This document shows, in pieces, positions 23,407 to 31,687 of a DNA stretch of 42,133 nucleotides. How positions within the stretch are numbered: position 1 is the first letter of the stretch; the number at the start of each line of letters is the position of its first letter. Source of the stretch: a virus. The stretch lies in the IMG/VR virus record IMGVR_UViG_3300017613_001174; one strand, 5' to 3'. Position numbers and translations under genes: made by a program. The notes beneath the pieces were generated by a model, which worked only from the letters and a program-made list of their open reading frames with translations, searched no databases and had not been told where the DNA came from.

Positions 23407-26325
23407 ATGAGAATAATATTTCATGTTGGTGGCATGCCTTTTAACGGCTCCACTATTTCGGATGGAAAGAGCCTCGGCGGGTCAGAAAGCGCCGGGTATT
23501 ATATGGCGAGGGAGATGGCCAGGTTAGGCCATGAAGTTGTAATTTTTACCTCGTCACCTGACACCGGTTTTTCAGATGGCGTGTTTTTTGAATGGATGGG
23601 GGAACGCTCGGAGCAATACCCGCTCGGCCACAGGTTCGACGTTTCCAGCAAGGTTCCCGCAGATGTAACTATCATCCAACGTATACCGTTTGCGTTCCGC
23701 AAGCCGATCAACTCAAAATTAAATATATGGTGGGTACATGATATCGGTTTGATGCGTCACTCCATGATCGTGCAGCAACAACTCGTTAATATCGATCAGA
23801 TATTTACCGTTTCAGAATTTCATAAAAACCAATTCGCAAAAGTGTTCGATATTCCAAAGCATATCATTACCGCAACATTCAACGGGGTTGATTATACGTA
23901 TCCTGAAGAACTGGAAGCGCAAAATTTACCACGGGTACCAAAGTCGCTGGTTTTTGCATCGAGACCTGAGCGAGGACTTGAAAACCTTGTGGGCCGCAAC
24001 GGAATAATGAAAAGCCTGCCTGATTGTCACCTGTATGTATGTGGGTATGACAATACCGTTCCCCAGATGAGGGACTATTACCGGTATTTATATAACAGGT
24101 GCGACCAACTGGACAATGTGACAAACCTTGGCAGCCTCGGTAAAAATGAATTATATAAGTTACTTGCAAAGTCGGAGTTGTGTGTATACCCAACCACCTT
24201 TGAAGACACCAGCAACATGATGTTGCTTGAATCCAATGCGGTCGGTACGCCGTTTATTGGGCCAAAGGATCGCGCAGCACTTCCGCAAACCGGCCATAAC
24301 GCCGGTGTGAAATTTGTGCCATTAAAAGACGGGAAAATCCACAAACAGGCATTTGTGAAATGTATAAAAGAATGTCTCGAAGCATCCACCTGGGATAGGC
24401 TCCACATTAAAGCGCTCGGCAAAGAACAGACATGGAAAGCGGCTGCTATGCAATGGGATCAGGTATTCAACGACCTGTTATATTATAAATGCAATGATAA
24501 AAGGCGTTTATACAAACACCTGGAACATCATAGCGATATCATTGCCATAGGTGAGGACCACCCGGCACCGGACATGCAACTTCTGGAAAGTGTTCTTCCC
24601 GGGTTCAGAAAAAACTACGAGTTTTTGTATAATAACGATTTCAAGGGCCACTATGATCGCTATTATGAGTATGAGGAAAGCAGGGGCGTAAAATATGGCC
24701 CTGAAGATCTAACCGGGCAGCCCAGGTTTGAGCACACGGCACGGCTGATTGATGAAATGGGTCCAGGTGCAATACTTGATTACGGATGTGCCCACGGACA
24801 TTATGTTATGAACCTTATGAACCGGTATCCGCATATACGTTTTTTCGGGGCTGATATAAACGCGAAAAACATAGAGATTGCGAGGCGTTGGGCACTTGAT
24901 GTCATTGGCGACAAGTCCGAGCAGGATCAGGCGCTGGACACGGTTAATAATTTGTTTTTTCAGTCAACAGCAGATGATGATTTTGACCTTGCTTGCAATG
25001 TGGACGTTATCTTGCTTCAGGAAATTTTGGAGCATGTTCCCAATCCGGGAACTTTGGTTGAACAGTTAAGTACGCACCTGGCACCGGAAGGGCATTTTTT
25101 AATATCGGTCCCGTATGGTCCATGGGAGGCCCTGGGGTATAAAAAACACCCTGGATGGAGAGCGCATATCCATCATATCGAACGTGAGGACCTTTATGAA
25201 CTATTTAGGGCACAGGAAGACTTTAAACTGATCGCGTTGCCACACAGAGACAATATGGGCCACTATATTGTCACGTTTAAGTATAACCCTGATATACCTA
25301 TCGGCAAAATCGATTATGTCCGCAAATTAAAACAACAGGCACCACGTGAAACATTATCAGTTTGCATGATCGCAAAAAATGAGCAGCACACTATTGGAAG
25401 GACCATTGAGTCGATAATAGATATTGCGGATGAAATAATTATAGGCCTGGATGAAACTACAACAGATGAAACCTACGCAGTGGCCATGCAGTTTGTTGGC
25501 CCTGAAAATATCATCCCGATTAAATCACCGATGGAAACCGGGTTCGCCGTGGCAAGGCAGGTAACTATCGATGCCGCTTCTATGGATTGGATATTGTGGA
25601 TTGACTGCGACGAAACTTTCGAGCAAGCTGAGAACCTACCGAAATACTTACGCAATAACTGTATGGATGGATATGGAATCAAGCAACACCACTATGCAGT
25701 TGAGCCTGCGGAGTTGTTTAAAACAGATTACCCCTGCCGGTTATTCCGCAATAATAAGGGCATGAAATTTTTTGGCTTTGTCCACGAGCACCCGGAAAAA
25801 GAAATGAACAAGGGCCCTGGTAAAACTCATCTTATCGATGACGTGGCTATTATGCATACCGGATATCCGACCGAGCAGGTGCGGCGGAAACGGTTTGAGC
25901 GCAATTTCCCGTTGATACAAAAAGATCGGGAGCTTAATCCCGATAGAAATCTTGGAAAATTCCTGTGGGTACGAGACCTCGCCCACTTCGCCCGGTACAG
26001 CATGGAGCAAAACGGCGGGGTTGTAACCCCACGGATTGAAGATGCAGCTGCCCAGGGAATTGAGATGTGGCGTGAACTTTTAAAGACTGGCGACCTTCGG
26101 CTGATCACGCAAAGTATCCCGTTTTATTCCGAATGTGTTTATCGATTAATGAACGGCAACGGCATTGATTTCACCCTGGCGATCACTTCGGGTAAGGGTG
26201 GCAATCGTTTTGTATTGCCGGACCGAAAGATCGAGGGTTTGTTTGCCAGCATCGAGGACATTAAAAAGCTAAATAAAGTTATCGTTGACAAGTCTGTCGA
26301 GCATTACGAAAATAAATATTATTAA
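23407..26325 (+). CDS. Tri-domain glycosyltransferase (GT4-like) - SAM methyltransferase - glycosyltransferase (GT2-like) fusion, 972 aa
   Basis: GGSESAGYYMAREMARLGHEV and FEDTSNMMLLESNAVGTPFIG (GT-B/GT4). ILDYGCAHG...EILEHVPNP (class I MTase, from about aa 456). LSVCMIAKNE...IIGLDETTTDET...WIDCDE (GT2, from about aa 650). Confidence 0.85.
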   Translation: MRIIFHVGGMPFNGSTISDGKSLGGSESAGYYMAREMARLGHEVVIFTSSPDTGFSDGVFFEWMGERSEQYPLGHRFDVSSKVPADVTIIQRIPFAFRKPINSKLNIWWVHDIGLMRHSMIVQQQLVNIDQIFTVSEFHKNQFAKVFDIPKHIITATFNGVDYTYPEELEAQNLPRVPKSLVFASRPERGLENLVGRNGIMKSLPDCHLYVCGYDNTVPQMRDYYRYLYNRCDQLDNVTNLGSLGKNELYKLLAKSELCVYPTTFEDTSNMMLLESNAVGTPFIGPKDRAALPQTGHNAGVKFVPLKDGKIHKQAFVKCIKECLEASTWDRLHIKALGKEQTWKAAAMQWDQVFNDLLYYKCNDKRRLYKHLEHHSDIIAIGEDHPAPDMQLLESVLPGFRKNYEFLYNNDFKGHYDRYYEYEESRGVKYGPEDLTGQPRFEHTARLIDEMGPGAILDYGCAHGHYVMNLMNRYPHIRFFGADINAKNIEIARRWALDVIGDKSEQDQALDTVNNLFFQSTADDDFDLACNVDVILLQEILEHVPNPGTLVEQLSTHLAPEGHFLISVPYGPWEALGYKKHPGWRAHIHHIEREDLYELFRAQEDFKLIALPHRDNMGHYIVTFKYNPDIPIGKIDYVRKLKQQAPRETLSVCMIAKNEQHTIGRTIESIIDIADEIIIGLDETTTDETYAVAMQFVGPENIIPIKSPMETGFAVARQVTIDAASMDWILWIDCDETFEQAENLPKYLRNNCMDGYGIKQHHYAVEPAELFKTDYPCRLFRNNKGMKFFGFVHEHPEKEMNKGPGKTHLIDDVAIMHTGYPTEQVRRKRFERNFPLIQKDRELNPDRNLGKFLWVRDLAHFARYSMEQNGGVVTPRIEDAAAQGIEMWRELLKTGDLRLITQSIPFYSECVYRLMNGNGIDFTLAITSGKGGNRFVLPDRKIEGLFASIEDIKKLNKVIVDKSVEHYENKYY

Positions 26326-26337
26326 AGGGTCTATCCT

Positions 26338-26796
26338 ATGTACGCAACATATTCAGATTGTTCCGTTCGATACCCAATACTGAGCAAATGGAATCCGTCC
26401 AGTGTATCGGCTGTTAATTCGGACCTTGTATATTATGCCGAAAAAGAAATCGACGGTCGCCTGGCTTCACACTTTGCGGTGCCATTCACTGATGTGCCGC
26501 CGACCATATCCGACCTAACCATCGATTATGTATATCTGAAAATGTTGCGGTCGCGGGATCTGGATAAAGCCGCTGAGTTTGAAAAAATACTTGATGCCCG
26601 AATTGAACGGCTCAAGGAAGGCGAGGAATATATTTTTACCGAGTCAGGCACCACCATTGCACCTGCAGGTGCCAGTGATGGAGTATGGTCGAACACGAAG
26701 GACTATTACCCAGTTCATTCTATACTGGATGCCGATTCACCTTACGCCGGATTTGATTCGGATATGATAGACGACGAGGAAGACATCAGGAGCTAA
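26338..26796 (+). CDS. Head-tail adaptor (Mu gp36/DUF1320-like)
   Basis: MYATYSDCSVRY...AEKEIDGRLASHFAVPF pattern and position. Confidence 0.6.
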   Translation: MYATYSDCSVRYPILSKWNPSSVSAVNSDLVYYAEKEIDGRLASHFAVPFTDVPPTISDLTIDYVYLKMLRSRDLDKAAEFEKILDARIERLKEGEEYIFTESGTTIAPAGASDGVWSNTKDYYPVHSILDADSPYAGFDSDMIDDEEDIRS

Positions 26797-27260
26797 TGGT
26801 TGCACGAGCGGAATTTAAAATAAAGGGCATTAATACATTGGCCCGCAATATGTTGCACATAAGCAAGAAGCTGAAAAACCAACGGGCTACAAACCATAAG
26901 GCAGTTATATTGATTGATCGTTGGGTCCAAAAGAATTTCCAGCAAGAGGGCAAGATGGCCACACACGGCGGCTGGGAACCGCTATTAGCGGCAACTATTA
27001 AAAGGCGGCGCATAGGGCCAAAGGCAAAAACCAAGGGCCGTAAAGTCCGTATATTACAGGACACGGGGCAACTGAGATCACGCTGGGAGCACTATTACAC
27101 ACAACGTATGGGCAAGGTCACATCGGCAGTTGATTACGGTATATATCATGATGAGGGCTGGGGGCATCTTCCCGAACGGGCAATAATACCGACCGAGGCA
27201 CAAATGATGCCCGAATTACTAAAGCTGTTTAGAAAACACATTCAAACGAGCTTGCAATGA
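26796..27260 (+). CDS. Virion morphogenesis / tail completion protein (Mu G-like)
   Basis: ILQDTGQLRSRW...VDYGIYHDEGWGHLPERAIIP pattern. Confidence 0.6.
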   Translation: MVARAEFKIKGINTLARNMLHISKKLKNQRATNHKAVILIDRWVQKNFQQEGKMATHGGWEPLLAATIKRRRIGPKAKTKGRKVRILQDTGQLRSRWEHYYTQRMGKVTSAVDYGIYHDEGWGHLPERAIIPTEAQMMPELLKLFRKHIQTSLQ

Positions 27261-27691
27261 TTAATTTCTCGCATATCACCCAGGCAATTGAAACGTTATT
27301 GACTGATGGCCTAACAGGTTATGATATAACCCGCAATGCCGAGCGCAATTCTGATTATAACAGACCGGCCAATGCCGTTGCCTGGGTCGGGATATACCGG
27401 GGATCTATTGACTACGAGGCTCATTTGATTGGCAATGTGCCCTGGATGGCGTCTATTGATTCTATCATTGAAATACAGGTGGCGAGCATGATCAGCGGCG
27501 CTGATGCCGAAAATAAACTCCAAGCGGCAGAGCTTGAGGTTATGGATATATTGACAGCAAACAAAAAGCTGAGTGGCACCGTTAATATGACAAACGGCTA
27601 TTCAATAGAGTATGAGTATAACGCAGATACAGATATCGGTGTCTGGTTGCAAGCATCTGTAATTACAATGCATTCAAATGTAATGCAGTAA
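27257..27691 (+). CDS. Neck / tail terminator candidate
   Basis: Position only; ATGA coupling. Confidence 0.45.
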   Translation: MINFSHITQAIETLLTDGLTGYDITRNAERNSDYNRPANAVAWVGIYRGSIDYEAHLIGNVPWMASIDSIIEIQVASMISGADAENKLQAAELEVMDILTANKKLSGTVNMTNGYSIEYEYNADTDIGVWLQASVITMHSNVMQ

Positions 27692-27709
27692 ATTTAAGGA
27701 GGTAACAAA

Positions 27710-28672
27710 ATGGCTTACGGACAGGACGGACATTTCGGAATAGGTTTTCAGGATAGCATGGGCACCAGTCTCACCGATTCAATGGATTATTTCGGATTTG
27801 TATCTGAAACATTGACACAGAATATCGAGGAGTTGATGAGCGAGAGCCTATCATCCAGGTATGAGGAACCAGATGATTATGGTGGTATGCGGGAGATAGG
27901 CGGTGACATTGTCGGGGAAGTGCAGCCCCTTTCCTTTGGGAAGTTTCTAAAAGGATGGTGCGGCCAGGAGAGTGTTAGCTTTCAGGAAAGCTGTTACAGT
28001 CACTTGTTCGTACCGAGGCTAACCGACTGGCAAGAGGAAAACGCCGCACTTCCCCCAATGACTGTCGAGGTATACCGGGATACTGGGTCGGCATATCTTT
28101 ATTATGACGCAATGATCGATACGCTCAATATCGAAATCGCGCAGGGTGCGTTGATAAAATTTACAGCCGGGTTCAAAGGGTCTCAATTTTCATGGGCTGA
28201 AAAAACCACACCGGCCTATGATCCTGGGAGCTATTTCGCGTGGGACATTGCATCTATCAGCCTGGCGGGGGTGGCCATGACGGAATTTTCAAGTCTCAGC
28301 CTGAACTTTTCGAATAGCCTTGCAGGTAAAGCGTATATCGATGGCAATAAATACGCCTCCCGGATTCTGCGGGACGGTTTTAGGACCGGAGAAATTTCGG
28401 GCACACTCTTGTTATCCGGTGACGATGAGGCTCGGAATTTTAAAAACCGCACCAAGCAACGATTGCTTATATCTATCACAGATCCGACAACGGTAATGAA
28501 CCATCATAACCAGTTGATTATAGATATACCGAAAATGGTATATACCGAGTTCCCTGCGAACATATCTGGGCCCGGATTGGTGGAGGTGTCCTTTTCTGCT
28601 AAGGCCAAGTATGACTCGGATTCATCTTATGCCATGCAGTTTACACTGACAAATACCGTCGAGGCATACTAA
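27710..28672 (+). CDS. Major tail (tube) protein candidate
   Basis: Strong RBS aaggagg. Immediately upstream of the chaperone/tape-measure genes. Confidence 0.6.
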   Translation: MAYGQDGHFGIGFQDSMGTSLTDSMDYFGFVSETLTQNIEELMSESLSSRYEEPDDYGGMREIGGDIVGEVQPLSFGKFLKGWCGQESVSFQESCYSHLFVPRLTDWQEENAALPPMTVEVYRDTGSAYLYYDAMIDTLNIEIAQGALIKFTAGFKGSQFSWAEKTTPAYDPGSYFAWDIASISLAGVAMTEFSSLSLNFSNSLAGKAYIDGNKYASRILRDGFRTGEISGTLLLSGDDEARNFKNRTKQRLLISITDPTTVMNHHNQLIIDIPKMVYTEFPANISGPGLVEVSFSAKAKYDSDSSYAMQFTLTNTVEAY

Positions 28673-28691
28673 CAACCATTAAGGGGGAATA

Positions 28692-29069
28692 ATGGACGTT
28701 TTAATCGGATGGAAAGAAAAAGAGTATGAGTTCGCGGGAAGCAAGGTGACAATCGAGGTACGACCATTGCAAATAGCTGCAATGATAGCCTTGCTTCCCC
28801 ACATGGTAGACGCACCAACGGATGATGGCGATATGAAATTGGCCATTGAATCATCGTTGAGGATACAGGAGGTGGCGGCGGAATTCTTTTTCGATCATGT
28901 GAGAAATGTAAGGGGAATAACAATAAATGGTGAAACAATCGAGAACCCGGCGGTACTTTGCCAGGAGATTGTTTTCTCCACTTTAGTCGTGCAGATAGTC
29001 GGCGATCTGATTCAGGTCAGCACGCTATCAGAGACAAATGAAATAAATTTAGACGAGCCTGTCACCTGA
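28692..29069 (+). CDS. Tail assembly chaperone (G-like, zero-frame product)
   Basis: Acidic 125-aa protein directly upstream of the tape measure gene, with a slippery site near its 3' end. Confidence 0.7.
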   Translation: MDVLIGWKEKEYEFAGSKVTIEVRPLQIAAMIALLPHMVDAPTDDGDMKLAIESSLRIQEVAAEFFFDHVRNVRGITINGETIENPAVLCQEIVFSTLVVQIVGDLIQVSTLSETNEINLDEPVT

Positions 29070-29338
29070 TAGACATAAACCCTGGCAGGGTGACGGGCAA
29101 AATAGCCGGTGTGCTGATTATCTCTTGGTTTCGACTGTTCGGGTTCTGTTATGAGTGGCATTGGGACGGTGCTTTCATGGCCGCTCGTCAAAAAGATAAA
29201 AGTATCAAATCCGGCTTTTATACTCGTGTGGCCTGGCCGGATGGTGGCGCGACTTTGGATCAATACAATATAGTGGCTGAGATATTCCATACGATAGTTG
29301 ATGAGAAAAATCAGTCCCTATCAAAGAAGGTGCGGTAA
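28692..29338 (+). CDS. Tail assembly chaperone G-T-like fusion made by a -1 frameshift at 29045-29051
   Basis: The -1 frame is open from 29042 to 29338 and ends at the tape measure start. Confidence 0.6.
29045..29098 (+). promoter_or_regulatory. Programmed -1 ribosomal frameshift signal
   Basis: A_AAT_TTA heptamer in the correct phase (29045-29051), a 5-nt spacer, then a 10-bp stem gcctgtcacc (29057-29066) / ggtgacgggc (29089-29098). Confidence 0.65.
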
Positions 29339-31323
29339 TGGCGGAAAAACTAACTATAGTTATCGGTGCAAAAGATAATTTTTCCAATGCATTTGCAAAG
29401 CTGCAAAGTTCTTTACCGGGGCTTAAAAAGCTTGCTGTCGGCACATCAGTTGCCATTGGTGGTATTGGCGCCGCACTATTTGCTATGACCAAAAGCACAG
29501 CTGTCGCTTATGATGCCGTTCAGAAGTTTTCAGACCAATTAGGGTTGTCAACAGATTTCCTTTCCAGGATGGGTCACGCCGCCGAGCTTTCCGGTGTCGC
29601 ACAAAACACGCTAAACAAGTCCCTTCAGATCTTTACCGTCCGGTTAGGTGAATATGGTAGAGGGATCGGAGAGGGTAAAGACGCCCTTGAAGAACTGGGG
29701 CTTGAATATCGAAATTTAAATGGCACATTAAAAACTGCCGAGCAACTTATACCGGATGTTGCTGAGGCTTTCGCAAGGATGACGGATCAAACCGAGAAGG
29801 CCGAGCTTGCGTCCAAAATATTTGGTCAACGTGGTCTGTCAATGCTTCAGATGTTCAAAGATGGCAAAGATGGTCTTGCAGCCATGACGGATGAGGCTGA
29901 AAAGTTCGGCCTCGTTATATCATCTAAAGCCGGTGTAAATGCCGCCGAATTCAACGATTCTTTAACCCGATTGACTGGATCATTTGCCGGGTTAAAGAAT
30001 AAAATATCAGAAGACATCATGCCGGCGTTCACAAGCCTGGCTAATGCTATGGCTAATTTTGTGGCAGAGAACAGAACACAGATAGTTGCCACGCTGAGAA
30101 ACTTCGGCATTGAAACTTACAACATGTTTAAAAGGTTCGCTTTGGGTACGGCTGGCCTTATAGACTCAATGAAACCGGCCATTGCATCCATCGGAAACGT
30201 GTTAAATGATATAATAGGGACATTTAATAATATGCCGAAGTGGCTACAGGGTGTCGGTATACTCGGTGCCCTGATGTACGGGAAGGCGGGTGCGATAGCT
30301 ATTGGTGTAATATTAGATGGTATATCAAGGATCGACAAAGCGCACAAAGCTTTTAGCCAGGCACTTTTAGAGCGGCAGGAAGACAAGGGTTTCCTGGGGT
30401 TCGATCCAGATACAGTTAACAAGGCAAAGGAGTTGTTAGACTCTGGACAGATCATTATTCGTAAAAAAATAAATGAGATAAACGATGATATGCCAGCGAT
30501 TGATTTTGGGCTCGCCGGATTTGACGACGATTCATTGAAGGGACAGCTTACTGGCATCTTTGCACAGATCGATGAAGCCGTGTCAGACGTGTCCACGTCC
30601 CTGTCAGTGGGCGAAGGGGCAAAAGGCATAGAACCCTTTACCCCTTCCGGTATGGCGGCAACCAAGGAGGTTATGGACCAGACAGCGGAGGCGTTTCGCA
30701 ACTGGCGTCAGATGGAAGATGAGGCGTGGACCGAGTTTCGAACAAAACAGATTATAGCCGAATCTGATAAATTGTTGGGCACGCAAGAGGCGGAGTCACA
30801 GAGCCAAAGTAGTCGGAAATTGTCCACACAAACATTTCTAAACGATTTGGGGACCATGGGAGCGGCTGCCGGAAAAAAAGGTTTCCGGTTAATGCAAGGG
30901 ACATCTATAGCCGAGGCAACTATCAAGGCGATATTGGCATTCAATACCAATCTATCAGCGTTTCCATATCCGGTCGGGCCGATCTTGGCAGCAACGGCTT
31001 TAGCGGCAGGTATGGCGCAGGTGGCCGCGATTGCTGCTACAAAGCCACCAGCAGCGCATGGTGGGCTAACTTCCGTTCCGAATGAGCAAACATACCTGTT
31101 GAATAAAAATGAGCGTGTATTAAGCCCTGGCCAGAACAAGGATCTGATTGAATTTATGGACCAGGGTGGCAACCGGGAGGCTATAGTTGTTGATAACCTG
31201 CGGGTGAACATTATGGCCCCGGAGCCGATAGAGGGTATGTCGGACACTGACTGGGATATCATGGTCGAAGAAAACATTGTCCCGTCATTGCGGCGTCTGT
31301 CAAGTTGGGGAATTGAACCATGA
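29338..31323 (+). CDS. Tape measure protein
   Basis: 661 aa, Ala/Gly-rich with hydrophobic segments. TMP-like N-terminal region (...LSGVAQNTLNKSLQIF...ASKIFGQRG). Confidence 0.85.
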   Translation: MAEKLTIVIGAKDNFSNAFAKLQSSLPGLKKLAVGTSVAIGGIGAALFAMTKSTAVAYDAVQKFSDQLGLSTDFLSRMGHAAELSGVAQNTLNKSLQIFTVRLGEYGRGIGEGKDALEELGLEYRNLNGTLKTAEQLIPDVAEAFARMTDQTEKAELASKIFGQRGLSMLQMFKDGKDGLAAMTDEAEKFGLVISSKAGVNAAEFNDSLTRLTGSFAGLKNKISEDIMPAFTSLANAMANFVAENRTQIVATLRNFGIETYNMFKRFALGTAGLIDSMKPAIASIGNVLNDIIGTFNNMPKWLQGVGILGALMYGKAGAIAIGVILDGISRIDKAHKAFSQALLERQEDKGFLGFDPDTVNKAKELLDSGQIIIRKKINEINDDMPAIDFGLAGFDDDSLKGQLTGIFAQIDEAVSDVSTSLSVGEGAKGIEPFTPSGMAATKEVMDQTAEAFRNWRQMEDEAWTEFRTKQIIAESDKLLGTQEAESQSQSSRKLSTQTFLNDLGTMGAAAGKKGFRLMQGTSIAEATIKAILAFNTNLSAFPYPVGPILAATALAAGMAQVAAIAATKPPAAHGGLTSVPNEQTYLLNKNERVLSPGQNKDLIEFMDQGGNREAIVVDNLRVNIMAPEPIEGMSDTDWDIMVEENIVPSLRRLSSWGIEP

Positions 31324-31685
31324 GTCTGATTTATAAGCTTTGGGATTCATCCAGCAATTCGGCTATATTGACTCCGAGCTGGAATTTTAAAGACCGGAAA
31401 CAAAAGATTGTTGATCGGAGCCGGGCCAAGACTGGTGGCTTGTTTCAATATAGTCATGGACACTTTAGAATGTTCACTTTAAATATCGAATTCGCGACCT
31501 CGTCAGTGGCATCCGTTGTCAACGAGTGGTGGGAAGATCAGCAGCTATGCCAATTTGATATATCATCTGATGGATCGAGTGAAATAACAAGTGTGATGAT
31601 TGTGAACAAAGAAAGCCCGTTTTTTAAATTCACGAAACCATATACCGATAAATATACAGGAAAACTTGATCTAACCACTTATTAA
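31320..31685 (+). CDS. Distal tail protein-like small domain protein
   Basis: ATGA-coupled to the TMP gene. Homologous to the C-terminal 107 aa of the next protein. Confidence 0.6.
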   Translation: MSLIYKLWDSSSNSAILTPSWNFKDRKQKIVDRSRAKTGGLFQYSHGHFRMFTLNIEFATSSVASVVNEWWEDQQLCQFDISSDGSSEITSVMIVNKESPFFKFTKPYTDKYTGKLDLTTY

Positions 31686-31687
31686 AC

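Noticed and set aside
29090-29338. Independent 82-aa GTG-start ORF
   Set aside because: It has no RBS. It lies in the -1 frame of the chaperone gene downstream of an in-phase AAATTTA heptamer and hairpin. It is better explained as the T part of a G-T frameshift product.
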